Shown here in pieces: positions 1 to 6,774 of a stretch of 12,397 nucleotides of DNA. The stretch covers positions 14,121 through 26,517 of the forward strand of contig CAYMLL010000072.1 of the NCBI GenBank assembly GCA_964390645.1, in the 5' to 3' direction. The position numbers were made by a program, and so were the translations under genes. The stretch's first letter is position 1; each line of letters opens with the position of its first letter. Source of the DNA: an uncultured Planctomycetia bacterium. GTDB taxonomy: Bacteria > Planctomycetota > UBA8108. Below the pieces are notes generated by a model, which did not search any database, was not told the DNA's origin, and saw only the letters and a list, made by a program, of their open reading frames with translations.

Positions 1-1146
1 CCAAAGGAGTGGCGGCAGGGTAAACGTCAACGCTCGCTGATTGTCGGCTACAAGCTGCTGCCCGCGATCTACTCCGACATGTACACCGGACGGGTCCTCA
101 CCGAGTCGGAGAGCGCGACCCTCGGACCGGCACTCGGTCATCTGAGCGAGGATGGCGATCAGCCCTCACAGTACCGGCCACCGACCCAGAAGAACGCGTG
201 GAAGCCGGAGCCCCCACGACCGGGACGACGCATCCACCCGTTGACGCTTCGCGAGGAGACGCGCTCCTTTCCCAAGAGCTACGGCTGCGACGGCGGCGTG
301 GACTACGGCAACGTGTTCACGATGCGCTCGGCCACGGCCGCGGTGTACGACAAGCGCAACGAGAGCGGCACCTTCCACATCAGCGGGCCGCGTTCAGGAT
401 GCACGAACAGCGTCATCCCCGCAGGCGGCCTCCTCAACGTGCCCTACTTCTACGAGGGCTGCACCTGCAGCTACCCGCTTCCGTGCGGTCTCGCGCTCGT
501 CCACATGCCGCCGACCCACGAGCAGTGGACGTCCTGGGGCGGGGAGAGAGGCGTCGAGAACGCTCTGGAGGGCATCCGTCGCGTCGGCATCAACCTCGGC
601 GCGCCGGGAGATCGCATGGCTCCCGGGGGCACGCTGTGGCTCGACTCACCGAGCGTCGGCGGGCCGTCTCCCAGAGTCGAGGTCGAGGTGGAGCCGGCGA
701 ACCCGTCGTGGTTCTACCGGCACTCGATGTGGACGCGCGGCGGCCGCGGCTGGCCCTGGGTCTCCGCGTCGGGCGCCGAGGGGCTCCGGCGCCTGGAGAT
801 CCGCGGGCTCCAGCCCGGCGACTACGCGGTACGCCTCTATTTCTCGGAGCCCCGAACGACGAGGAGCACCCGCCGGTCCTTCGATGTGGAGATCCAGGGA
901 GAGCCCGTCGTCCGTGCCCTGGACGTCCTTCGTGCGGCGGGTGGTGTGCGCCGCTCGCTCGTCGAGGAGTATCGGGCGAGTATCCCGGGAGGAACATTCG
1001 AGGTGCGGCTGGTCCCGAGGACCGGCGAGCCGGTGCTCTGCGGAGTCGAGCTCATCGCCGCCAACCTCGACGAAGGTGAGGTTCCGGAGCTGACGGAGCG
1101 GGACCTCACGCAGCTCGAGCTCTTCGACGCTCCGGGCGGCGGGTAG
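1..1146 (+). CDS. 5'-partial CDS. The reading frame is open from position 1, and the first in-frame ATG is at 79. Protein with a C-terminal malectin-like carbohydrate-binding domain; the upstream part may be beta-propeller-like.
   Basis: Frame 1 has no stop from nt 1 to the TAG at 1144-1146. The C-terminal ~150 aa (YAVRLYFSEP...RRSFDVEIQGEPVVRALDV...AGGVRRSLVEEY...GTFEVRLV...GVELIA) match the malectin domain pattern (RLHFAE / FDV.ING / AGG / IELI). GC3 is high throughout. Confidence 0.6.
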   Translation, partial: PKEWRQGKRQRSLIVGYKLLPAIYSDMYTGRVLTESESATLGPALGHLSEDGDQPSQYRPPTQKNAWKPEPPRPGRRIHPLTLREETRSFPKSYGCDGGVDYGNVFTMRSATAAVYDKRNESGTFHISGPRSGCTNSVIPAGGLLNVPYFYEGCTCSYPLPCGLALVHMPPTHEQWTSWGGERGVENALEGIRRVGINLGAPGDRMAPGGTLWLDSPSVGGPSPRVEVEVEPANPSWFYRHSMWTRGGRGWPWVSASGAEGLRRLEIRGLQPGDYAVRLYFSEPRTTRSTRRSFDVEIQGEPVVRALDVLRAAGGVRRSLVEEYRASIPGGTFEVRLVPRTGEPVLCGVELIAANLDEGEVPELTERDLTQLELFDAPGGG

Positions 1147-1159
1147 CCGTGAAACAGAC

Positions 1160-3019
1160 CTAGCGACCGAGCCGGCGGATCCTCACCTGTCGGAACTCCA
1201 CGATCGCCGTCGCGTGGTGAAGCTGCAGGAGGATCGCCCCGACCCGGTAGCGATTCTCCGGGTCGCGGCAGTCTGCGGCGGGATCACCGTTGACCCAGGT
1301 GCGAAGGTGATCGCCTTGGGCGCGGATGCGCACCGTGAACCACTCGCCGTCCTTCACGCCGGGATCCTCTGCTCGCGCACCCGGAACCCCGAGGCTGTAG
1401 ATGCTACCCGTCGGGTTGTTCCGGTCACCGTTGTCACACTGAGCCTCGTAGCCTGGAGGAAACTCGGTCTCCTGATCGACGTGGGGTCCGCAGCGGAAGT
1501 AGATGCCGCTGTTGCCACGCCCGGTCTTCGGATCGCCGATGCGGACCTCCGCGAAGAGCTCGAAGTCGTCGAAGGTCTCGGTCGTCGAGAGGTATCCCTT
1601 GCCGCCGGTCCCCCGCAGCACACCGTCCTTCACCCCCCAGCGCGGCTTTCCCGTCCACTCGTGCACGAGCCACCCATCGAGGGTCTTGCCGTCGAAGAGC
1701 TCGATCCAGCCGCCGTCGCGAGCGTTCGATGCCTCCGGGTGCTCGAAGGCAGCCAGGGGTAGATCGAGCGGCTCGTAGGTCAGCGTCAGATCCGGGGTCT
1801 CGATGCGCCGCCCCTTCTCGAAGAGTGAGCGCATCGACGCGTCCAGCACTCCGGTCGTGAGCACCGTTCGCTCGACGGGATAGACCGGCTCGCCGCGAAT
1901 CACGAGCTCACTGATCGCGTTCGCCAGGTAGGAGAAGTGCCCCCAGGTCGGCTCCTGGAGCCAGAACCGGGTCGACAACGGGGTCGCGAAGCCCTTGAAA
2001 CGAGCGGCGAAGAGAAAGTCGTCCGCGTCCGGTAACATGACGACGGAGGCGCGCAGGCCGTCGCGGTACTCGACGAGAAAGACGACGGGCTCGCGCGGAA
2101 GTTCCCGGTACCTCTTGTCGAGCGGAGGGTCATGGCGGGTCAGAGCCGACTCGAGCAACTCCTTCGAGAAGCGCCCCGCCTCCATCGCCTCCCATACCGC
2201 GTCGCCGCGAAGCGCTTGCACCGCACGCACGCCGGTCTCACCACCGCGACGCCGCTCGACCATGCACTGAAGCGTCTCGAGCGCGTGAAAACCGTAGGCC
2301 TCGATGCCGCCGTAGCCGACCGCCAGCGCCTCCTCGACAGGAAGCCCCTTCTGGACATCGAGCCACGGACGCCGCCATGCGAGCGGCAGTGACGAACCCG
2401 CCATGAACGGGATCCGCAGCCTCCTTGCGGTCTCGTACATGTGCTTCGCGTCCTTCCAATCGGCCGCAAGATGCTTGTCGTTGAAAATCGGGACGACCTT
2501 GCCAGCCTCCTTGAAAGCCGCGACGGTCTCATCGAAGAAGCGCCGACGCGGGTAGAGACGCTGCCCGCGCTCGTTGAGCGGATAGCTGCCGTGCTCGCCG
2601 ATCAGGACCACGCCGTCGACCGCGAGCTTACCGTTCTCGTCGAGAATCGCCTCACGAATCGACCCTGCGATCGGAATGCCGTACTGGCGCCCGAGCGGTC
2701 CACTGAGATCGCCCCGCGCAGTCTGGTCGACGTACATCGACCGCACGCGCACCCCGGACCGCTGCGGGTAGACATCGAGCGACCACCCCTGAATGAGGCG
2801 CCCGAGGATCACGTCGGCGTGCGACCCCGGACGATACTCGGTGACGATCGCCGCGATCGGGGCGGACAGGAAGGACACGCGTCCGACGCTCGCGGCCGGC
2901 TCCGCAGTGCAGATCCCGACCGAGCCTCCGGCGCAGTTCAGCCAGACCATCGCCGCAAGGAGCGCGCTGCTCGGAACACCCCGTCGACGGCCGGGTACAC
3001 CGTTAGTGGATTCGTTCAT
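1160..3019 (-). CDS. Secreted or lipid-anchored two-domain protein. It has a Tat-like signal (GRRRGVPSSALLAAMVWLNCAGG), an ~430-aa uncharacterised N-domain, and a C-terminal DUF1080 / 3-keto-disaccharide hydrolase-like domain (concanavalin-like fold).
   Basis: 619-aa ORF with ATG at 3017-3019. The C-terminal 190 aa (DGWLVHEWTGKPRWGVKDGVLRGTGGKGYLSTTETFDDFELFAEVRIGDPKTGRGNSGIYFR...GYEAQCDNGD...GSIYSL...WFTVRIRAQGDHLRTWVNG...) fit the DUF1080 signature. An RRR motif is followed by a hydrophobic stretch. The GGGA RBS is weak. Confidence 0.65.
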   Translation of the reverse strand: MNESTNGVPGRRRGVPSSALLAAMVWLNCAGGSVGICTAEPAASVGRVSFLSAPIAAIVTEYRPGSHADVILGRLIQGWSLDVYPQRSGVRVRSMYVDQTARGDLSGPLGRQYGIPIAGSIREAILDENGKLAVDGVVLIGEHGSYPLNERGQRLYPRRRFFDETVAAFKEAGKVVPIFNDKHLAADWKDAKHMYETARRLRIPFMAGSSLPLAWRRPWLDVQKGLPVEEALAVGYGGIEAYGFHALETLQCMVERRRGGETGVRAVQALRGDAVWEAMEAGRFSKELLESALTRHDPPLDKRYRELPREPVVFLVEYRDGLRASVVMLPDADDFLFAARFKGFATPLSTRFWLQEPTWGHFSYLANAISELVIRGEPVYPVERTVLTTGVLDASMRSLFEKGRRIETPDLTLTYEPLDLPLAAFEHPEASNARDGGWIELFDGKTLDGWLVHEWTGKPRWGVKDGVLRGTGGKGYLSTTETFDDFELFAEVRIGDPKTGRGNSGIYFRCGPHVDQETEFPPGYEAQCDNGDRNNPTGSIYSLGVPGARAEDPGVKDGEWFTVRIRAQGDHLRTWVNGDPAADCRDPENRYRVGAILLQLHHATAIVEFRQVRIRRLGR

Positions 3020-3109
3020 GTCCGGTCTGTCCCTCGTATGGCGCCCCCACCCGGTGGCGCGTGTTCGCCATCATCATGCGCAATCGACCCGCCGAAACGA
3101 GGCCTCCCG

Positions 3110-3796
3110 TCAACGACGGGCGAGGAACACGACGTCGTCCTGCTTCTCGTCGATGAGCTCGTTCTCCCACGTCACCGACTCGGCGCAAGCCTCCGAGAAG
3201 ACGCTACGCAGCGCGCGGAGAAACGCCTCGCTCCCGGCGCTCGACCAGACCGCCAGCACGCCTCGATCGGCGAGATGACGCCGCGCCACTGCGAGTCCGT
3301 CGGCGCCGTAGAACATGCCGTTGCGCGGGTCGAGAAGCTCGTCCGGCGAATGATCCACGTCGAGGAGAACCACGTCGTAGGATTCCGCCGGCTCACTGGT
3401 GAGACGCCGGAACACATCGTCCTGGATCACGCGAACGCGATCGTCGCCGCTCAGCGTGTCCGCGAGTGGATGGAGCCCCCGGTCGAGCCAGGAGATCACC
3501 TGTGGAAGCAGCTCCACGACGTCCACGCGGGCCACCGTCGGCGACGCAACGGCCTCGTGCGCCGTGTAGCCCAGACCGAGTCCCCCGACGAGAACCGACA
3601 GCTCTCGACCACCATGAAACGCCAGGGCACGACGCGAAAGCTCACGCTCGGACAGCGTGTTGTGGCTCGACATCAGGAACTCGTGGTTCACCGTCACCTC
3701 GGTGACGAAGGTGCCCGGCTGCGAAAGGAGCTCTCGTCGTCGAAGGCAAAGAGCCCCGATCGAGGACTCGGTGTAGTCGAGAATCTCGATGTTCAT
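3110..3796 (-). CDS. Spermidine/spermine synthase-like aminopropyltransferase-fold protein. It is a short form (~228 aa) with no N-terminal tetramerisation domain.
   Basis: Motifs: LVGGLGLGYTAHE (GGG(D)G-like SAM/dcSAM-binding glycine loop), VELLPQV, VVLLDVDHSPDELLDPRNGMFY, and VLAVWS. These are typical of the spermidine synthase family. ATG at 3794-3796 (MNIEILDY). A GGAGG lies ~15 nt upstream, which is long spacing. The 291-aa track ORF extends to 3985, but its N-extension is Arg-rich and non-coding-like. Confidence 0.6.
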   Translation of the reverse strand: MNIEILDYTESSIGALCLRRRELLSQPGTFVTEVTVNHEFLMSSHNTLSERELSRRALAFHGGRELSVLVGGLGLGYTAHEAVASPTVARVDVVELLPQVISWLDRGLHPLADTLSGDDRVRVIQDDVFRRLTSEPAESYDVVLLDVDHSPDELLDPRNGMFYGADGLAVARRHLADRGVLAVWSSAGSEAFLRALRSVFSEACAESVTWENELIDEKQDDVVFLARR

Positions 3797-4105
3797 CCCG
3801 GTTCTGGTCGCCTCCGGCCGGACGATCGCGGCTGCCGAGCTCTGACCACCTCCTCGAACCGACCGCCCGGCCCGGGCAAGACGGCGAGATTCGAGCCGGC
3901 AGTCCGTCCAGGAGGCGCCTGATGCACGAACCCGAGAGTCATCGGGCGGGGACCGAGCCGCCAGACCGCAGGCGATGCGCTGCATCGTCGAGCTCCGGCG
4001 ATACGTGATCCCAGTGACGAAGAGCCGCGGCGAAATGGGCGCTGCTTGGACGCCGAGTGAATTCTCTCAACCAGGTTCCGGCCCCCGGATAGCCCGTTGA
4101 AAGGA

Positions 4106-4131
4106 CAATTCCGGCCGAATGCCGGCAATTC
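4106..4131. promoter_or_regulatory. Imperfect palindrome CAATTCCGGC-CGAAT-GCCGGCAATTC. The core is a perfect 5-bp inverted repeat CCGGC/GCCGG with a 5-nt spacer, flanked by direct CAATTC copies. Candidate operator in the long leader upstream of the spermidine-synthase-like gene.
   Basis: Read directly from the sequence. It sits in a lower-GC intergenic region about 310 nt upstream of the 3796 start on the - strand. Confidence 0.2.
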
Positions 4132-4148
4132 TACCCGATTCCTGCGGC

Positions 4149-4188
4149 GCTGAAACTCAACGAGGAGCCACCTCGCTTGCGTTTCAGC
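4149..4188. terminator. Nested stem-loop: GCTGAAAC-tcaa-CGAGG-agcca-CCTCG-cttgc-GTTTCAGC. On the + strand it is followed by TTCTTGATCT.
   Basis: An 8-bp outer stem and a 5-bp inner stem are visible in the sequence. It lies 60 nt beyond the stop of the - strand gene 4248..5111. The U-rich tail is on the + strand only. On the - strand it would be an I-shaped (tail-less) terminator. Confidence 0.3.
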
Positions 4189-4247
4189 TTCTTGATCTCG
4201 AACAGAATCCCTCGACCTCCGCTCGAGAACATCTTCTCAACGGACTG

Positions 4248-5111
4248 TTAACGGCCGAGGCGATCGATCAGCTCGACCAACTCCCGTGGCGGCTCCGGCA
4301 CCCGCCAGCGTCCCGGAAAGATGCGAATCCGCAGTGGCGCCATGATCTGATCTCGCCAGCGAAACATCGAGATCTGGTTGTATCGCTCATTGACGCCCAG
4401 ACCTTCGTCTCCAGCTCCCCCCTTGACGGAACGCACGCCCAGCATGCCCGACACGGTGAGCACGATCGGATCCTTGTGGTCTGCCGACACATGACGCGAG
4501 GAGAACGAGAAGGTGTGACGGTCGGCCAGCGCGAGCTTCTTCTTGCCGACCTTCCTGGGAGCGTTGGGAACATACTGATACACCTCCCAGATCTTGCTGC
4601 GAGGCTTGCGCTTCTCCTCGACGATGTGCATCGCCGCCTTCCTCCCCTTGGTCTTCACGTCGAAGTGCCTGGTCGGCTTGGAGATGTAGAAGGGTCGTGA
4701 CTTGCCACTCGAGCCCGAGACCGTGACGATGAAGAGCGCCTTGTCCTTGTGGTACTTGTACTTCTTGTAGGCAGCGACGAGCTTCTTCCCGAGCGTCTTG
4801 TCATCGTAGCCGGCCCTGTCCAGCTCCTCGCACTCGCGCGACATGAAGTAGTGAAGCGCGTTCGGAACCGACCTGACACGAACCCTCAGCTCCCCGGAGA
4901 CCTCGTCCTGCGGGTCGACCGTCTCGAGAAGCTGGTGATAGTCCCCCGGCGGCAGGACCCAGATCTCGTCCCTGCTGCCCGCCTTCTTCGTCTTCTTCGA
5001 GTCCCGGTCCTTCGCTGCCGCACCGCTGGACGCGAAAAGCGCGATCGTCGCGATCACGAACACCCACCCACACGCGACTGTCGAAGCCCGGTTCTCCAGA
5101 TCGAGGGTCAT
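4248..5111 (-). CDS. Orphan hypothetical secreted protein, lysine-rich, 287 aa, with a Sec signal peptide.
   Basis: ATG at 5109-5111, with AAGGAG 8 nt upstream. The N-terminus MTLDLENRASTVACGWVFVIATIALFASSGAAA-KD looks like a signal peptide. The mature part is full of K (YKKYKYHKDK, KKKLALADRH). No recognisable domain. Confidence 0.55.
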   Translation of the reverse strand: MTLDLENRASTVACGWVFVIATIALFASSGAAAKDRDSKKTKKAGSRDEIWVLPPGDYHQLLETVDPQDEVSGELRVRVRSVPNALHYFMSRECEELDRAGYDDKTLGKKLVAAYKKYKYHKDKALFIVTVSGSSGKSRPFYISKPTRHFDVKTKGRKAAMHIVEEKRKPRSKIWEVYQYVPNAPRKVGKKKLALADRHTFSFSSRHVSADHKDPIVLTVSGMLGVRSVKGGAGDEGLGVNERYNQISMFRWRDQIMAPLRIRIFPGRWRVPEPPRELVELIDRLGR

Positions 5112-5167
5112 GACGGGTTCTCCTTGGCTGCAAGCTCACCGAACAAGAGCATATCGCGACATGGTTC

Positions 5168-5473
5168 ATGCTACCGGCACGTTCCGGGAAGCACAAGCCT
5201 CCCACGTTGCCCCTGCAGTCGACTTCCGAGTTCGCCGATAAGACGGTTGAGAGGGTGTTCCCGAATTCTGACAGGGGTATCGAGATGCAGGAATCCGCCT
5301 ACGACTGCAACTGCGACGTCGTCATCGAAATGCAGGAGATGGGTGTCGGAGTCGAGGAGGTCCTCCAGTACATTCGCGGCGTGCTCAGCAAGCAGGAAAT
5401 CCGCCACATCCGAAAAGAGCTCGAGCGAGTCTCGTCGTCATCGAAGCCGGCCATCGAGCAGTTCTACGGCTGA
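5168..5473 (+). CDS. Small orphan hypothetical protein, 101 aa from ATG 5168. An alternative start is ATG 5285 (62 aa, MQESAYDCNCDVVIEMQEMGVGVEEVLQYIRGVLSKQEIRHIRKELERV...), which has AGGGG 7 nt upstream.
   Basis: GC3 is high across the whole ORF (~75-85%). It is divergent from 4248..5111 and convergent with rnd. No known motif recognised. Confidence 0.4.
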   Translation: MLPARSGKHKPPTLPLQSTSEFADKTVERVFPNSDRGIEMQESAYDCNCDVVIEMQEMGVGVEEVLQYIRGVLSKQEIRHIRKELERVSSSSKPAIEQFYG

Positions 5474-5490
5474 TCGGTCACGAGATCAGT
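5470..5490. other. Perfect inverted repeat CTGATC-ggtcacga-GATCAG. It spans the stop codons of the two convergent genes: TGA at 5471-5473 (+) and TCA at 5486-5488 (-).
   Basis: Read directly from the sequence. Possible short bidirectional hairpin or a binding site. There is no U-tract. Confidence 0.25.
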
Positions 5491-6661
5491 CCCGACGCGA
5501 GCCGATGACCACTTCGCCGGTGCTCGGATCGACCGCGAGGTTGTGGCGTCCGTCGAGCAGGCCGACGAGGTCCGCACCGATCATGTCGTGCCGCCATCCC
5601 GACAGAACGCGAAGCGAGCTGTCGTCGAGCGCGCCGGCTCGCTTCTGCCGCACGAGCTCGCGAAGCTCGGAGCGGGTCGCGAAGTAGCCAGGGCTCACAT
5701 GTAGCTCCCCGGATCGCGCCTTCAAGAAGGTCTCCAGCAGGTCGACCAGAATCGCCACGGACGAGTCCTTCGCGGGTCTGTCGAGCACCGGAGGCCACTC
5801 GGTCTGCGGAAGGTCGAGAGCCCGACGCACGTGCTCGATGATCTCCTTGCCGCAGCGTCGTGCCAGCTCGGGGTGAACCCCTCGAAACGAGCGCAGGTCA
5901 TCCTCCCTGGTCGGCTTGGCCCTGACGAGTTCGACGAGAAAGTCGTCGCTGATGATGTGGCTGCGTGGTCGGTCGCGATTCGACGCCTCCCGGTCACGCC
6001 AGGCTGCGAGCGCCTGCAGCATCGCCAGCTCCCTGCGGCCGAGCTTCGCGGCCCCCTTGACCCGCCGGTAGAGCAGCGACGGATCAGGCCGGTAAAACGT
6101 CGGATCCTCGTAGACTCTCAGCTCCTCCTCGACCCAGGACATCCGACCGCGCGCCTCGAGATCCTTGACGAGCAGCTCTCGCATCCGATGCAGGTGCACA
6201 ACATCGTCGAGCGCGTAACGAATTTCCTGATTCCGGAGGGGACGTCGCTCCCAGTTGGTGAGGGTCTTGCTCTTCGACAGCCGCACGTCCACCAGCTTGA
6301 GCACGAGCCGCGAGTATCCGCACGCATCTCCATGACCGAGCAGCGCGGCAGCAATCTGCGTGTCGAAGACGTTGCGTGGAACGCTCTGGCCGTCCCCGAA
6401 GAAGATCTCCATGTCCTGCTGCCCGGCGTGGACGATCTTGCAGACGTCCGGATCGGCGAGCAGACGGCTGAGCCCCGAGAAGTCGTCGATCGAGAGAGCG
6501 TCGACAGCGACCGCTTCTTCCGCGAGCCCGATCTGCAGGACACAGAGGAGCGGGCGATAGCGACGCTCGCGGATGAACTCGGTATCAAAAGCGACCAGAC
6601 GCTCCTGTCGACATCGGAAAATCAATTCGTCGAAGAGCGTCTGATCCGCGATGAGGTTCAT
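5486..6661 (-). CDS. rnd: Ribonuclease D: DEDDy 3'-5' exonuclease domain plus HRDC domain.
   Basis: The sequence shows VAFDTEF...LCVLQIG (ExoI), KIVHAGQQDMEIF (ExoII), and a YALDDVVHL Tyr-containing ExoIII motif. The C-terminal segment is HRDC-like. At 391 aa from the ATG at 6659-6661 it is close to E. coli RNase D (375 aa). The track ORF instead starts at TTG 6752-6754, which is less likely. Confidence 0.8.
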   Translation of the reverse strand: MNLIADQTLFDELIFRCRQERLVAFDTEFIRERRYRPLLCVLQIGLAEEAVAVDALSIDDFSGLSRLLADPDVCKIVHAGQQDMEIFFGDGQSVPRNVFDTQIAAALLGHGDACGYSRLVLKLVDVRLSKSKTLTNWERRPLRNQEIRYALDDVVHLHRMRELLVKDLEARGRMSWVEEELRVYEDPTFYRPDPSLLYRRVKGAAKLGRRELAMLQALAAWRDREASNRDRPRSHIISDDFLVELVRAKPTREDDLRSFRGVHPELARRCGKEIIEHVRRALDLPQTEWPPVLDRPAKDSSVAILVDLLETFLKARSGELHVSPGYFATRSELRELVRQKRAGALDDSSLRVLSGWRHDMIGADLVGLLDGRHNLAVDPSTGEVVIGSRRD

Positions 6662-6727
6662 TCGCGCGTGTCCCGCGACAGGAGGCCCGGTGGAAGGAGC
6701 GCCGTAAAGTAACAGAAAGCCGTCGGG

Positions 6728-6755
6728 TGGAAAAGGGCCACGTCGTCGGTACAAT
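6728..6755 (+). promoter_or_regulatory. Candidate sigma70-like promoter for surE: TGGAAA -16 nt- TACAAT. The predicted TSS lies just upstream of the AGGAGA RBS.
   Basis: Hexamers read by eye in the rnd-surE intergenic region. The organism's promoter consensus is unknown. Confidence 0.15.
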
Positions 6756-6774
6756 CTGGCGCTCAGGAGACAGC

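Noticed and set aside
2441-3922. 493-aa + strand ORF spanning the DUF1080 and spermidine-synthase regions, plus the 198..1079, 5831..6712 and 4749..5687 + strand ORFs.
   Set aside because: All are antisense to well-supported genes and have Arg-rich non-protein-like translations. They are GC-rich frame artefacts.
3797-3985. N-terminal 63-aa extension of the 291-aa track ORF (MQRIACGLAARSPPDDSRVRASGASW…).
   Set aside because: Arg/Ser/Ala-rich with no TM or domain character. The conserved spermidine-synthase core starts at MNIEILDY with an in-frame ATG, so the extension is treated as 5' UTR.
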